Shown: piece by piece, positions 46,692 to 55,405 of the stretch
How the letters are laid out: every line of letters starts with the position of its first letter
Position numbering within the stretch: the first letter of the stretch is position 1
Source of the DNA: Desulfobacteraceae bacterium
GTDB taxonomy: Bacteria > Desulfobacterota > Desulfobacteria > Desulfobacterales > JAABSP01
NCBI GenBank assembly: GCA_011389855.1
Contig: JAABTM010000003.1
Coordinates: 6 to 64,005, forward strand
Length of the DNA: 64,000 bases
Direction of reading: 5' to 3'
Position numbers and translations under genes: made by a program
The notes under the pieces: generated by a model
The model's input: the letters and a program-made list of their open reading frames with translations, nothing else
Told to the model about the DNA's origin: nothing
Databases searched by the model: none

Positions 46692-48050
46692 TTGAAAAAA
46701 AACGCCAAAACGATTTATTCCTGTCAAACCTGCGGGTATCAGGCCCCCAAATGGATGGGGCGCTGTCCCGACTGCGGGGGCTGGAACACCTTCGCGGAGG
46801 CGCGGGCTTCGGGCGGGGCCGGCCGGGGCGCGACCGGCGGCGAAGCCAACCGGCCGGTCCCCATCGACGCCGTCGATTTGGACGACGAAGACCGCATCGC
46901 CACCGGCATCCAGGAGTTCGACCGCGTATTGGGCGGCGGTCTGGTCTCGGGCTCCATGGTGCTCATCGGCGGCGATCCCGGCATCGGCAAGTCGACCCTC
47001 ATGCTCCAGGCCCTGTATGGGCTGGCGGTCCGGGGCCATCGGGTTCTTTACGTGTCGGGGGAAGAGTCGGTCCGGCAGATCCGGCTCCGGAGCCGGCGGC
47101 TGGCCACCGTGGCCCCCGGCCTGCTCGTGGTCTCCGAGGTGGACCTGGAATCCATCCTCGGGATGGTGGAGACGGAAAAGCCCCACGTACTGGTGATCGA
47201 TTCCATCCAGACCCTTTACAACAGCGAACTGCCGTCGGCGCCGGGCAGCGTGAGCCAGGTGCGGGAATCGGCCATGCGGCTGATGCTCATGGCCAAAAAG
47301 CGCAACGTCTCCACCTTTTTGGTGGGCCATGTGACCAAAGAGGGGGCCATCGCCGGCCCGCGCCTTTTGGAGCACATGGTTGACACCGTCCTTTATTTCG
47401 AAGGGGACCGGAGCCACGTCTTCCGGATCCTGCGGGCGGTGAAAAACCGGTTCGGCTCCACCAACGAGATCGGGGTCTTCGAGATGAAGGAAGAGGGACT
47501 GACCGAAGTGGGCAACCCGTCGGCGGTCTTCCTGTCGGAGCGGGCCCCGGACTCCCCCGGCTCCATAGTCACCGCCTGCATGGAGGGAACCCGGCCCATC
47601 CTGGTGGAACTCCAGGCCCTGGCCGCCGCCACCCACCTGGGGACCCCCCGCCGGACCATCCTGGGGCTCGACCCCAACCGGGTGGCCCTGCTGGTGGCGG
47701 TGATGGAAAAGAGCATGGGCATCCACCTGACGGGTCACGACATTTTCATGAACGTGGCCGGCGGCGTCAAGGTGGCCGAGCCGGCGGTGGACATCGGCAT
47801 CGTGGCCGCCATCGCCTCCAGCTTCCTGGACAAGCCGGTCCCCGAAGGCGCCATTGTCCTGGGGGAAGTGGGCCTCACCGGCGAAGTCCGGGCCATCGGC
47901 CATGTGGAAGTCCGGGTGGCGGAAATGGCCAAGATGGGGTTCGCCACATGTCTGGTCCCGGAAAGCAATCTGAAGCGGATGACCGTCGAAGGCGGCATCG
48001 CGGTGAAGGGTATCCGGACAGTGTCGGAGGCGATGGAGATGTTGTTTTAG
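46692..48050 (+). CDS. radA: DNA repair protein RadA/Sms
   Basis: Zinc finger CQTCGY..CPDCGGWNT, Walker A GGDPGIGKST, the KNRFG motif, and a Lon-like C-terminal domain. TTG start. Confidence 0.97.
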   Translation: MKKNAKTIYSCQTCGYQAPKWMGRCPDCGGWNTFAEARASGGAGRGATGGEANRPVPIDAVDLDDEDRIATGIQEFDRVLGGGLVSGSMVLIGGDPGIGKSTLMLQALYGLAVRGHRVLYVSGEESVRQIRLRSRRLATVAPGLLVVSEVDLESILGMVETEKPHVLVIDSIQTLYNSELPSAPGSVSQVRESAMRLMLMAKKRNVSTFLVGHVTKEGAIAGPRLLEHMVDTVLYFEGDRSHVFRILRAVKNRFGSTNEIGVFEMKEEGLTEVGNPSAVFLSERAPDSPGSIVTACMEGTRPILVELQALAAATHLGTPRRTILGLDPNRVALLVAVMEKSMGIHLTGHDIFMNVAGGVKVAEPAVDIGIVAAIASSFLDKPVPEGAIVLGEVGLTGEVRAIGHVEVRVAEMAKMGFATCLVPESNLKRMTVEGGIAVKGIRTVSEAMEMLF

Positions 48051-48056
48051 AAAAAA

Positions 48057-48144
48057 GGGACAGAGGGACAGAGGGACAGAGGGACAGAGGGACAGAGGGA
48101 CAGAGGGACAGAGGGACAGAGGGACAAAGGCACAAAGGCACAAA
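48057..48144. repeat. 8-bp microsatellite: (GGGACAGA)x8, then GGGACAAA, then GGCACAAA x2
   Basis: Read directly from the sequence; it begins 7 nt after the radA stop. Confidence 0.95.
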
Positions 48145-48173
48145 GGGTGGGCAGGGAAACGCTTTGGGCTTTC

Positions 48174-48218
48174 GTCCACTTTGTCCACCATGTCCACTCA
48201 GTCCACAACGTCCACCCT
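48174..48218. repeat. Tandem 9-bp array GTCCAC-NNN x5
   Basis: gtccacttt gtccaccat gtccactca gtccacaac gtccaccct. This is the same motif and period as 2108-2143, and it lies 70 nt upstream of rlmE. Confidence 0.9.
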
Positions 48219-48288
48219 GCGTTGAAAGAAAATCGATGCCTGCAACAGCCGGCTTCGGCCCGGCTTGACTTGAAAGAGACTTGATTAT

Positions 48289-48891
48289 ATGACACGGCGA
48301 CGCGCCAGTGGGAATCGCTGGGCGGATCATTATACGCGGAAGGCTCAGAAAGAGAAGTACCCGGCCCGGTCGGTTTACAAGCTCCAGGAGATCCAGAAGA
48401 AAAGCCGGATCATCGCCAGGGGGAACCGGGTCCTGGATCTGGGGTGCGCGCCGGGGTCGTGGCTGCTGTACGCGGCGGAACTGGCCGGGCCGTCCGGGCG
48501 GGCCGTCGGGATCGATTTGCAGCCGGTGACGATTCAGTTGCCGGCCCATGCCGAAGCCCATGTGGGCGACATCCGGGAATTGGGGGACGATCTCTGGGAA
48601 AGGGTCGGGGCGCCCTTCGATGCCGTGCTGTCGGACATGGCGCCGGCCACCACCGGCAACAAGGATGTGGACGCGGCCCGGTCCCTGGATCTGTGCGAAG
48701 CGGCTTTCACCACGGCCAAGGATCGGTTGACGCCGGGCGGCGCCTTTGTGTGCAAGATTTTTCAGGGAGAAGATTTCAAAACGTTTTCGGACAGGGTCCG
48801 GGGCGCGTTTAAACAACACAAGATCTACAAACCCCAGAGCAGCCGGAAGGCCAGCCGGGAAATCTATATTATCGGATCAGGGAAACACTGA
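48289..48891 (+). CDS. rlmE: 23S rRNA (uridine2552-2'-O)-methyltransferase RlmE/FtsJ
   Basis: [30 protein letters not shown], and KIFQGEDF. Confidence 0.93.
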   Translation: MTRRRASGNRWADHYTRKAQKEKYPARSVYKLQEIQKKSRIIARGNRVLDLGCAPGSWLLYAAELAGPSGRAVGIDLQPVTIQLPAHAEAHVGDIRELGDDLWERVGAPFDAVLSDMAPATTGNKDVDAARSLDLCEAAFTTAKDRLTPGGAFVCKIFQGEDFKTFSDRVRGAFKQHKIYKPQSSRKASREIYIIGSGKH

Positions 48892-48904
48892 GGAGGAAAA
48901 ACAG

Positions 48905-49639
48905 ATGTCAGGGCACAGCAAATGGTCTACCATTCGACATAAGAAAGGGGCCGCGGACGCCAAGCGCGGCAAGATATTCACTAAGCTGATCAAGGAGATT
49001 ACGGTGGCCGCCCGAATGGGGGGCGGCGACCCCGAGAGCAATCCCCGTCTGCGGACCGCCGTGGCGGCGGCCAAGGCCGAGAACATGCCCAAGGACAACA
49101 TCGAGCGGGGCATCAAGAAAGGAACGGGAGAACTCGAGGGCGTCAACTACGAGGAATCTACCTACGAGGGATACGGCCCGGGCGGAGCGGCGGTCATGCT
49201 AGAGTCCCTCACGGACAACAAGAACCGGGCCGTGGCCGATATCCGGCACATTTTCAGCAAGAACGGGGGCAACCTCGGCGAGAACGGCTGCGTGGCCTGG
49301 ATGTTCGACAAAAAGGGCTACATCAGCGTGGAAAATTCAGCCGCGGACGAAGAAACCCTCATGGAAGCGGCCCTGGAAGCCGGGGCCGAGGATGTACGGG
49401 AAGATGGGGCCAGTTTCGAGGTAATCACCGCCCCCGAAGACCTGGAAGCGGTAAAGGAAGCCATCGAGGATGCGAACATCGCCTTCGTCGACGCCGAAGT
49501 GACCATGCTCCCCCAGACCACGGCCAACCTCCAGGGAAAAGAAGCCGAGCAGATGATGCGGCTCATGGAATCGCTGGACGACTGCGACGATGTCCAGAAG
49601 ATTTATACCAATGCGGATATTCCGGAGGAGTATATATAA
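48905..49639 (+). CDS. yebC: YebC/PmpR-family transcriptional regulator
   Basis: [37 protein letters not shown]. Start trimmed to ATG 48905. Confidence 0.95.
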   Translation: MSGHSKWSTIRHKKGAADAKRGKIFTKLIKEITVAARMGGGDPESNPRLRTAVAAAKAENMPKDNIERGIKKGTGELEGVNYEESTYEGYGPGGAAVMLESLTDNKNRAVADIRHIFSKNGGNLGENGCVAWMFDKKGYISVENSAADEETLMEAALEAGAEDVREDGASFEVITAPEDLEAVKEAIEDANIAFVDAEVTMLPQTTANLQGKEAEQMMRLMESLDDCDDVQKIYTNADIPEEYI

Positions 49640-49739
49640 GGGATGCGGGATGCTGCCGCGGGATATGGATCGTTGGGAATGATTATCACAAGGATCTCGA
49701 AGTTGGGCAACTATATCGTGTCGCGCTATCTGATATAAA

Positions 49740-50345
49740 TTATTTGATGGTCTGCTTATTCAGTTCGTTGACCAGTTTGTGGACCGTTGTTGATGGGTTG
49801 TCTCTTTCTGGCGAATGGTCTGGATATGAGTTTAGCAATTTATCCGCATTTTTTATCGCTGTTTCTTGTAGGGCAAGAAGATGATCGTACATATGTGGGG
49901 AATTCTTCTTATATTCAAAGCCCAATCTTTCAGTTAGCATTCTTTTATATTGTGTTCGGTCTGTTGCTGAATCATGGTAGTGGAAATGCAGCAAATACCA
50001 AATTTCAAAAGCTTGATTTGAATATGCAACATTAATGCCATTGCTTCTCGCTAATGCCAAAGCGGCGTTAAAATTACTTGGAGGGAAAGAATCACGGTCG
50101 AATACACACCACGCAGAATCATACTTCTTATCCGCCTGCTTAATCTCTTCTATAGCTATTTCAACCAAGCTAACAGTGTTTGCTCCGACACCTTTTACAT
50201 CTATATCAAAAACATTTTTTGGCGCTCTAAATGCCTCAAAATATTGTGGTTCTGTTTTCTGGCCTTCACAGACAATAAGAAATCTTTTCAGTGTCTCCCT
50301 GAAGTTTGTTTTTCGTTTAAAGGGATTACGCCCTTTTGTCCTCAT
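49740..50345 (-). CDS. RloB-family protein (AbiLii-like)
   Basis: FLIVCEGQKTEPQYF, WCVFDRD, and VAYSNQAFEIWYLLHF are RloB signature blocks. Confidence 0.8.
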   Translation of the reverse strand: MRTKGRNPFKRKTNFRETLKRFLIVCEGQKTEPQYFEAFRAPKNVFDIDVKGVGANTVSLVEIAIEEIKQADKKYDSAWCVFDRDSFPPSNFNAALALARSNGINVAYSNQAFEIWYLLHFHYHDSATDRTQYKRMLTERLGFEYKKNSPHMYDHLLALQETAIKNADKLLNSYPDHSPERDNPSTTVHKLVNELNKQTIK

Positions 50346-50348
50346 TTT

Positions 50349-51623
50349 TCAGATCTCCAGACGCTTAATCCCACCAAGGAAAGGAATGGCGCCATATTTT
50401 CCAGCGATGTAATCTTTTCCAAAAGAGGCATCGTTTCTGACTTTAAAATCCACCAAAGAGTATAAAATAGTTGCTCCGTATTTATCCTTTTCCATGAACC
50501 ATATTTGATCTCGACGCAGAAAAGTATTGTCCAATAAATTCGTATCGTGAGTTGCAAATACTAATTGTGCATTATTTGGATTCAAATCTTTGTCATGGAA
50601 CATTTGTACTATTGCTCGTGTGATTATCGGATGAAATCTGGCATCTAATTCATCTACTATTAACAACATACCTTTTTGGAATACATCCAATAATGGACCA
50701 GAAAAAGAGAACGCTTTTCTTGTACCATCAGATTCATGATGATCAAGCTCAAATGTTTCTTTCCCGATATATTCGCCTTTGTCGTTAAATTTTTTATGTG
50801 TAGTATAAATTGTCGTCTTATCTCCGCCTTGCTCAATCAGGAATTTAGATAAAGGTTCTGGTAGATCTTTGGGGAGAATATCTTTAGTATAAGGCGAGCG
50901 CTCTATATTCAAATCAGAAATACCTAAATCGAATTTCTGAATGAAGGCTAAAATATTATTTTTAACGTCTGTTTTTTCAATCTGTTTTAAAGTAAAAGAC
51001 CTATATCCCATATCTTCTAAGCCTGATATAACACCACAGTTTCGGAACCACATTAATATTTCAAAGGAAATTTTGCCGTTCCATTGAGCGCATACAGAAA
51101 GGAATAATGCATTCGGTCTCGTTTTAGCTTCTAATCCTTTTCCTTCTGAAAATGCCCCTTTTTTTAAGGTTATTCCTTTATTTGTTCTAAAAAACAGGTT
51201 AACTTCTCTTTCCTTCGTACGATAAAGCCATTCTGAATGAATTTTATCCTTATCAATTTTAAACCCATATCTATAGCTCATGTCGTTTATGATAAAGATT
51301 ATTTCGAAATAGGACGGCTCTTTCTCTGTGGATGTGCTCAGGCGATAGCTTTCGACCTCTATATTTTCAGCTACTTGAGATTCTTTAGATGAATTGATGA
51401 TAAAGTTGCGCATGAACTTAAACGCTTTTATTAAATTGCTTTTTCCACTTGCATTAGGACCGTATAGCGCAGTGGTTTTAACTAATTTAATAGATTTTTT
51501 GTATTCAAATATGTTGCTATTGTCTAAGCCTTTGTTTTTTGAAGTTAAATTTGCCGATACCATGCTAAATCTAACAATATCTTTGAAAGATTTATAGTTT
51601 CCTACACTAAATTCGACCAACAT
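50349..51623 (-). CDS. AAA_15/AAA_21-type (ABC-like) ATPase, RloA/AbiLi-like
   Basis: MLVEFSVGNYKSFKD, Walker A YGPNASGKSN, Walker B LLIVDELDARFHP, and H-loop VFATHDTNLL. The stop lies 3 nt before the RloB start. Confidence 0.85.
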   Translation of the reverse strand: MLVEFSVGNYKSFKDIVRFSMVSANLTSKNKGLDNSNIFEYKKSIKLVKTTALYGPNASGKSNLIKAFKFMRNFIINSSKESQVAENIEVESYRLSTSTEKEPSYFEIIFIINDMSYRYGFKIDKDKIHSEWLYRTKEREVNLFFRTNKGITLKKGAFSEGKGLEAKTRPNALFLSVCAQWNGKISFEILMWFRNCGVISGLEDMGYRSFTLKQIEKTDVKNNILAFIQKFDLGISDLNIERSPYTKDILPKDLPEPLSKFLIEQGGDKTTIYTTHKKFNDKGEYIGKETFELDHHESDGTRKAFSFSGPLLDVFQKGMLLIVDELDARFHPIITRAIVQMFHDKDLNPNNAQLVFATHDTNLLDNTFLRRDQIWFMEKDKYGATILYSLVDFKVRNDASFGKDYIAGKYGAIPFLGGIKRLEI

Positions 51624-51768
51624 TTTTGATCACCGCGTCCTTATCTGGTTGTTTCGTGAAAAAATCACGTAAAGATCAATATATAGAACCAGATGATAAT
51701 CTGTAAACAACTAAATAAAGAAAAAGCCAAAAAAATGTTGTTATCGAAAGAATTAATTCTAATCGTGA

Positions 51769-52548
51769 TTATCTGCCATCCATCTGAATCATATCCGTCC
51801 CCGGCGGCACGTCGAGATCGAAAATATCGTCCGGGATGGGCTGGTCGAAGGTAAAATCGGCCAGGGTGATGCGAGTGGTGTCGCCGTAGTCGTTGTGGGT
51901 GGTCACCTGGTCCACGATGAATTTGTCTTTGGATACGGCAAGATAGACCGCAGCGATGTCGTATTCCTTTTGTTTGGGAACGAGTTTCAGGCGGTAGTGG
52001 CCGGGTTCTGCGTCAGCCTCGGGTTCCAGGCTTACGTCGAAGCTCTTTCGGATCTCCCGGATGTCCGACAGGAAGCTGGCCCCTTTGCCGTCCCCGAAAT
52101 AGGCCGGGGCCCGGCCGATCATCACCTGGTTGTCTTCGGGCCGCCAGATCCACAGGGTTTCGCCGTCGGTGAGGATCACCTGCCGTTCCGGCTGTTCGTA
52201 CTCCCACCGCATCCGGTCCGGCGGCCGGACAAAGAGGTTGCCGCTGGCCGTGTCGGTGATGTCCATGGCCGCCAGGGTCGATTCCTGATAAAAGTTTGCG
52301 GAAAAGCCCTGGCCGGTGTAGCGGTCCTCGACCTTGTCGAGGATGTCGTCCAGGGGCAATTGTTTTTGGGGCGTCGTTTCATCGGTCGTCGGCGGCGGCG
52401 AGTCCGTCTCCCGACCCCAGGCGGGGGTCAGGGCCAGCAGGAACCCCAGCATCGCCAGGGCGAAAAGGGGTAAAAGGGAAGGGAAAGATCTCCGGCTAAA
52501 TCGCGCGGATGCCGCAGGACAGCAGTTTTTGGGATAAGACGTCGTCAA
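51769..52548 (-). CDS. LolA-like outer-membrane lipoprotein carrier protein
   Basis: Signal peptide; F.A.F.QE...A......SG.L.V..P.RMRWEY..P....I..DG..LWIW.P. The true start is probably downstream of 52548, because the ORF overlaps the upstream gene by 53 nt. Confidence 0.7.
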   Translation of the reverse strand: MTTSYPKNCCPAASARFSRRSFPSLLPLFALAMLGFLLALTPAWGRETDSPPPTTDETTPQKQLPLDDILDKVEDRYTGQGFSANFYQESTLAAMDITDTASGNLFVRPPDRMRWEYEQPERQVILTDGETLWIWRPEDNQVMIGRAPAYFGDGKGASFLSDIREIRKSFDVSLEPEADAEPGHYRLKLVPKQKEYDIAAVYLAVSKDKFIVDQVTTHNDYGDTTRITLADFTFDQPIPDDIFDLDVPPGTDMIQMDGR

Positions 52549-53947
52549 GGTTGTAGAAATCCTCGTCCCTGAGTTCGATCAGGTTGAAATGGTTGTTTTT
52601 AAAGATGCGCCGCTTCCGTTCCTTCTCTTCGGGCCGATCCGATTCCCCCCAGTATTCGAGGCAGACCCGGCCTTCGGGCAGATAAAAGGTGGCGTAAATC
52701 TCTTCTTCCAGGGGGAGCCGTTTTTCGTGGACATGGCGGACGCCGGTCATGTAGAGCCAGTTGTCCACGATGATCTCTTCCTTGGAGGTCACGTAGTGGC
52801 CGTCGGATGTCCGGTGGCCGGACCGGCGCCGGGGCTTTGACCGTTCCCGGGGCTTTCGTCCGACGGTCTTTTTCCCGGGTTCGTCCTCCCGGAGCTTGAA
52901 GTCGGGGAGATCCAGATCCAGCAACAGGGCGCTTTCCTCCGGTTTTTTCCCCACCACGGTCAGTTTGCCGGTCCTTTTTTTGCCCATGGGGTTGTCCGAC
53001 AGCCGTTCGCCCTTCACGAAATGGCCCGTTTCCGTCCCCCCGCCGGGCAGGGTGACGGTCCCTTTGCCGTGGCGCCGGTCGTTTTCGAACCCGCCTTCGT
53101 AGACCGTGCCGTCCGGATAGGTCAGTCGTCCGCGGCCGTTGTACCGGCCCGTTTCAAACCGCCCCTCGTACCGGGCCCCGTCGGCGTAGACCATTTCGCC
53201 GTAGCCGTGGCATTTGCCCGCCTTCAACTGGCCCACGTACCGGGCGCCGCCGGGATAGGTCAGCGTGCCGTGGCCGTCGGCCCGGTTGTCGGCGAACTGG
53301 CCTTCGTACTTGAACCCGTTGGGGAAAGTCATGGTCCCCAGGCCGTGGCGCCGGTCGTCCCGGAAACAGCCCTCGTAACGGCCGCCGTCGGGGAAGGTCA
53401 GGACCCCCCGGCCGTTGAACCGGCCGTTTTCGAACTGCCCATGATACTCGGTTCCGTCGGGAAAGAAAAGGGCCCCGTATCCGTGGGACCGGTTCTCCCT
53501 GAAATGCCCCTCGTACCGGAAGCCGTTGGCGAAGGTCATGGCGCCCAGTCCGTGGCGCTTGCCGTTCCGGAATCGTCCCGTGTAGACGGCGCCGCTGGGG
53601 AAGGTCATGGTCCCCTGGCCCTCGAAGGCGCCTTCCCTGAAATCCCCTTCATACCGGCGGCCGTCCGGAAAGACCTTGACGCCGTAGCCGTCCACGAACC
53701 GGCCGGTCGGTTCGGCGCCGTCGTCCCGCCGCCGGGTTTCGGCGTCGGTCCGCCGGAGCTTAATGATGCGGCTGAAGGGCAAGCCGTTGTCGTCGATGGG
53801 GGAAGGGGAAGCGTCGCGCCGGCGCTCGAATTCCTTCTTCAGCGCCTTGCCGCGTTGAAACGGGCTCATATGTCGGTCTCCGGAGGGCTGTTTTCGCATG
53901 TTTAGAAACCATTTCAGACGATTCTGAATGATGCGAAAGTATTCCAT
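52496..53947 (-). CDS. MORN-repeat protein with C-terminal restriction-endonuclease-like module
   Basis: About 11 MORN repeats (YEG.F..G..HG.G..TF.(D/N)G). The C-terminal ~110 aa read SKEEIIVDNWLY..G..HVHEKRL..ATFYLPEGRVCLEYWG. Confidence 0.75.
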   Translation of the reverse strand: MEYFRIIQNRLKWFLNMRKQPSGDRHMSPFQRGKALKKEFERRRDASPSPIDDNGLPFSRIIKLRRTDAETRRRDDGAEPTGRFVDGYGVKVFPDGRRYEGDFREGAFEGQGTMTFPSGAVYTGRFRNGKRHGLGAMTFANGFRYEGHFRENRSHGYGALFFPDGTEYHGQFENGRFNGRGVLTFPDGGRYEGCFRDDRRHGLGTMTFPNGFKYEGQFADNRADGHGTLTYPGGARYVGQLKAGKCHGYGEMVYADGARYEGRFETGRYNGRGRLTYPDGTVYEGGFENDRRHGKGTVTLPGGGTETGHFVKGERLSDNPMGKKRTGKLTVVGKKPEESALLLDLDLPDFKLREDEPGKKTVGRKPRERSKPRRRSGHRTSDGHYVTSKEEIIVDNWLYMTGVRHVHEKRLPLEEEIYATFYLPEGRVCLEYWGESDRPEEKERKRRIFKNNHFNLIELRDEDFYNLDDVLSQKLLSCGIRAI

Positions 53948-54001
53948 CCATCCCGGATTTCGTCAACAGATCGGGGCACTATCCCCTTTTCGGATAGGCT
54001 C

Positions 54002-54910
54002 TTAGGAGAGCATCCGGATCACCCGTTTCAGATCCTCGTCCCCTTCAATGGGCCCCAGATCCACCTCGGCGATCCTTTCCACCGGCGGCGTGATGCCGAA
54101 GACCGCCAGGCAGAGGGCGTCCAGGAGTTCGAGCCGCCCGGCGACGTCCGCCGCATCCACATGGGGGATGCGCACCCCCTGCATGACGAGGGTCTCCATG
54201 GTTTTGCCCCGTCGCTGTTCTTCGAACCGGGCCGCTTTTTCCAGGGTCTCCACGTAAAGTTGTTTTTTGGCCGACACGGCGGACCAGAGGTCCCGGGTAT
54301 CCGGCAGTTCGTGAAAAAGGCTCAGGGCGAAATCGAGGAGATCCCCCGGGTCCCGAACCACGAAGTCGATGTTTTGGAAAAGGAGGTCGAGAAAATCGAT
54401 GCGGGGCTCGGACCACTGGAACCGGCAGTTGCGCAGCTTGACCCGAAACCGCTTCTGGAGATCCGGCGGCGCCGCGGCGGCGACGGCCTCCACAAGACGG
54501 GGGGCCGGATTTCGATCGATATGGAGCCTGGCCAGAAAGGCCGCCGCCGCGTCTTGGGGCAACGGGAATTCCGCCGTTCCCCGGCCGTCGGGGAACGTAA
54601 ACCGGGCCGTGGGCGGTGGATCGGTCAGGCGGGCCAGGATCTCTTCTTCATCGTCCGGCCCCAGTTGCGCATCCGCCAGAAGCGGCTCCAGTCGGGCCTG
54701 GAGGGTTTCGTCGGGAAAGCAGATCAGTTCCAGGATCGACTGGGATTCCGCGTCGTCCCCGCGGCCCACGGCTTCGGCCAGTTCGGGGCCGGAACCGGGC
54801 CCGATGAGGGAATCGATGGTCCGCACCGCGTCCCCGTCCAGGTCCATTCCCTCGGCCAGGAGTTCCCGCAAGCGCCCGGCGATCACGGCGTATCGGTCGG
54901 TATAGGTCAT
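54002..54910 (-). CDS. Hypothetical protein
   Basis: A 302-aa acidic ORF in the same orientation and closely spaced with trxC. No family recognised. Confidence 0.55.
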   Translation of the reverse strand: MTYTDRYAVIAGRLRELLAEGMDLDGDAVRTIDSLIGPGSGPELAEAVGRGDDAESQSILELICFPDETLQARLEPLLADAQLGPDDEEEILARLTDPPPTARFTFPDGRGTAEFPLPQDAAAAFLARLHIDRNPAPRLVEAVAAAAPPDLQKRFRVKLRNCRFQWSEPRIDFLDLLFQNIDFVVRDPGDLLDFALSLFHELPDTRDLWSAVSAKKQLYVETLEKAARFEEQRRGKTMETLVMQGVRIPHVDAADVAGRLELLDALCLAVFGITPPVERIAEVDLGPIEGDEDLKRVIRMLS

Positions 54911-54919
54911 CGTGGCTCC

Positions 54920-55384
54920 TTACGCCGCGTAGAGATAGGGGCGCATCTTGGCCTGGAGCGTCCCCTTGTCGACGGCGCCGGGGATGGTCTCCCGGAGCCG
55001 CCCTTTGTCGAAGATCAGAAAGGTGGGGACGCTCATGACCTGGAACCGCGTGGCGGTCAAGGGGTTCTGGTCGATGTTGAGCTTTCCCACCCGGGCCCTG
55101 CCCTTCCACTCTTTGGCCAGTTCGGTCATGATGGGCGCGGTGGTCTGACAGGGGCCGCACCAGGGGGCCCAGCAGTCCAGCAGCACCGGGAGCGGAGATT
55201 TGAGGATCTTGTTCTCGAAGTCCCGGTCCGTCACCATGACCGGCGCCGCAGCCAGAAGGCTGTCCGTGGGTACGGCGGATTTGCACTTTCCGCATTTGGC
55301 GGTCTGCCCCGCCCGATCCGCCGGGATCCGGTTTTGGGTCCAGCAGGAGGGGCATCTTATGAGATAGGCATCGGTTTGCGCCAT
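54920..55384 (-). CDS. trxC: Thioredoxin 2-type (N-terminal zinc finger plus WCGPC)
   Basis: CPSC..(17)..CGKC zinc finger followed by LLDCWAPWCGPCQ. Start at ATG 55384. Confidence 0.88.
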   Translation of the reverse strand: MAQTDAYLIRCPSCWTQNRIPADRAGQTAKCGKCKSAVPTDSLLAAAPVMVTDRDFENKILKSPLPVLLDCWAPWCGPCQTTAPIMTELAKEWKGRARVGKLNIDQNPLTATRFQVMSVPTFLIFDKGRLRETIPGAVDKGTLQAKMRPYLYAA

Positions 55385-55405
55385 GGCGTCTCCTTTCAAC
55401 TATTG

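Larger units (their letters stand above)
49688..51765. other. Strongly AT-rich two-gene islet (likely horizontally acquired)
   Basis: Base composition drops abruptly relative to both GC-rich flanks (yebC, lolA-like). The islet is bracketed by an 8-bp direct repeat TGATTATC (49680-49687 and 51766-51773). No integrase or transposase is present. Confidence 0.6.

Noticed and set aside
48057-48218. Whether the DnaA-box-like GTCCAC arrays together with the nearby parAB genes mark the replication origin.
   Set aside because: There is no dnaA/dnaN/gyrB, no AT-rich unwinding element, and only the TCCAC core matches the DnaA box. The origin call is rejected. The arrays are kept only as unexplained repeats.
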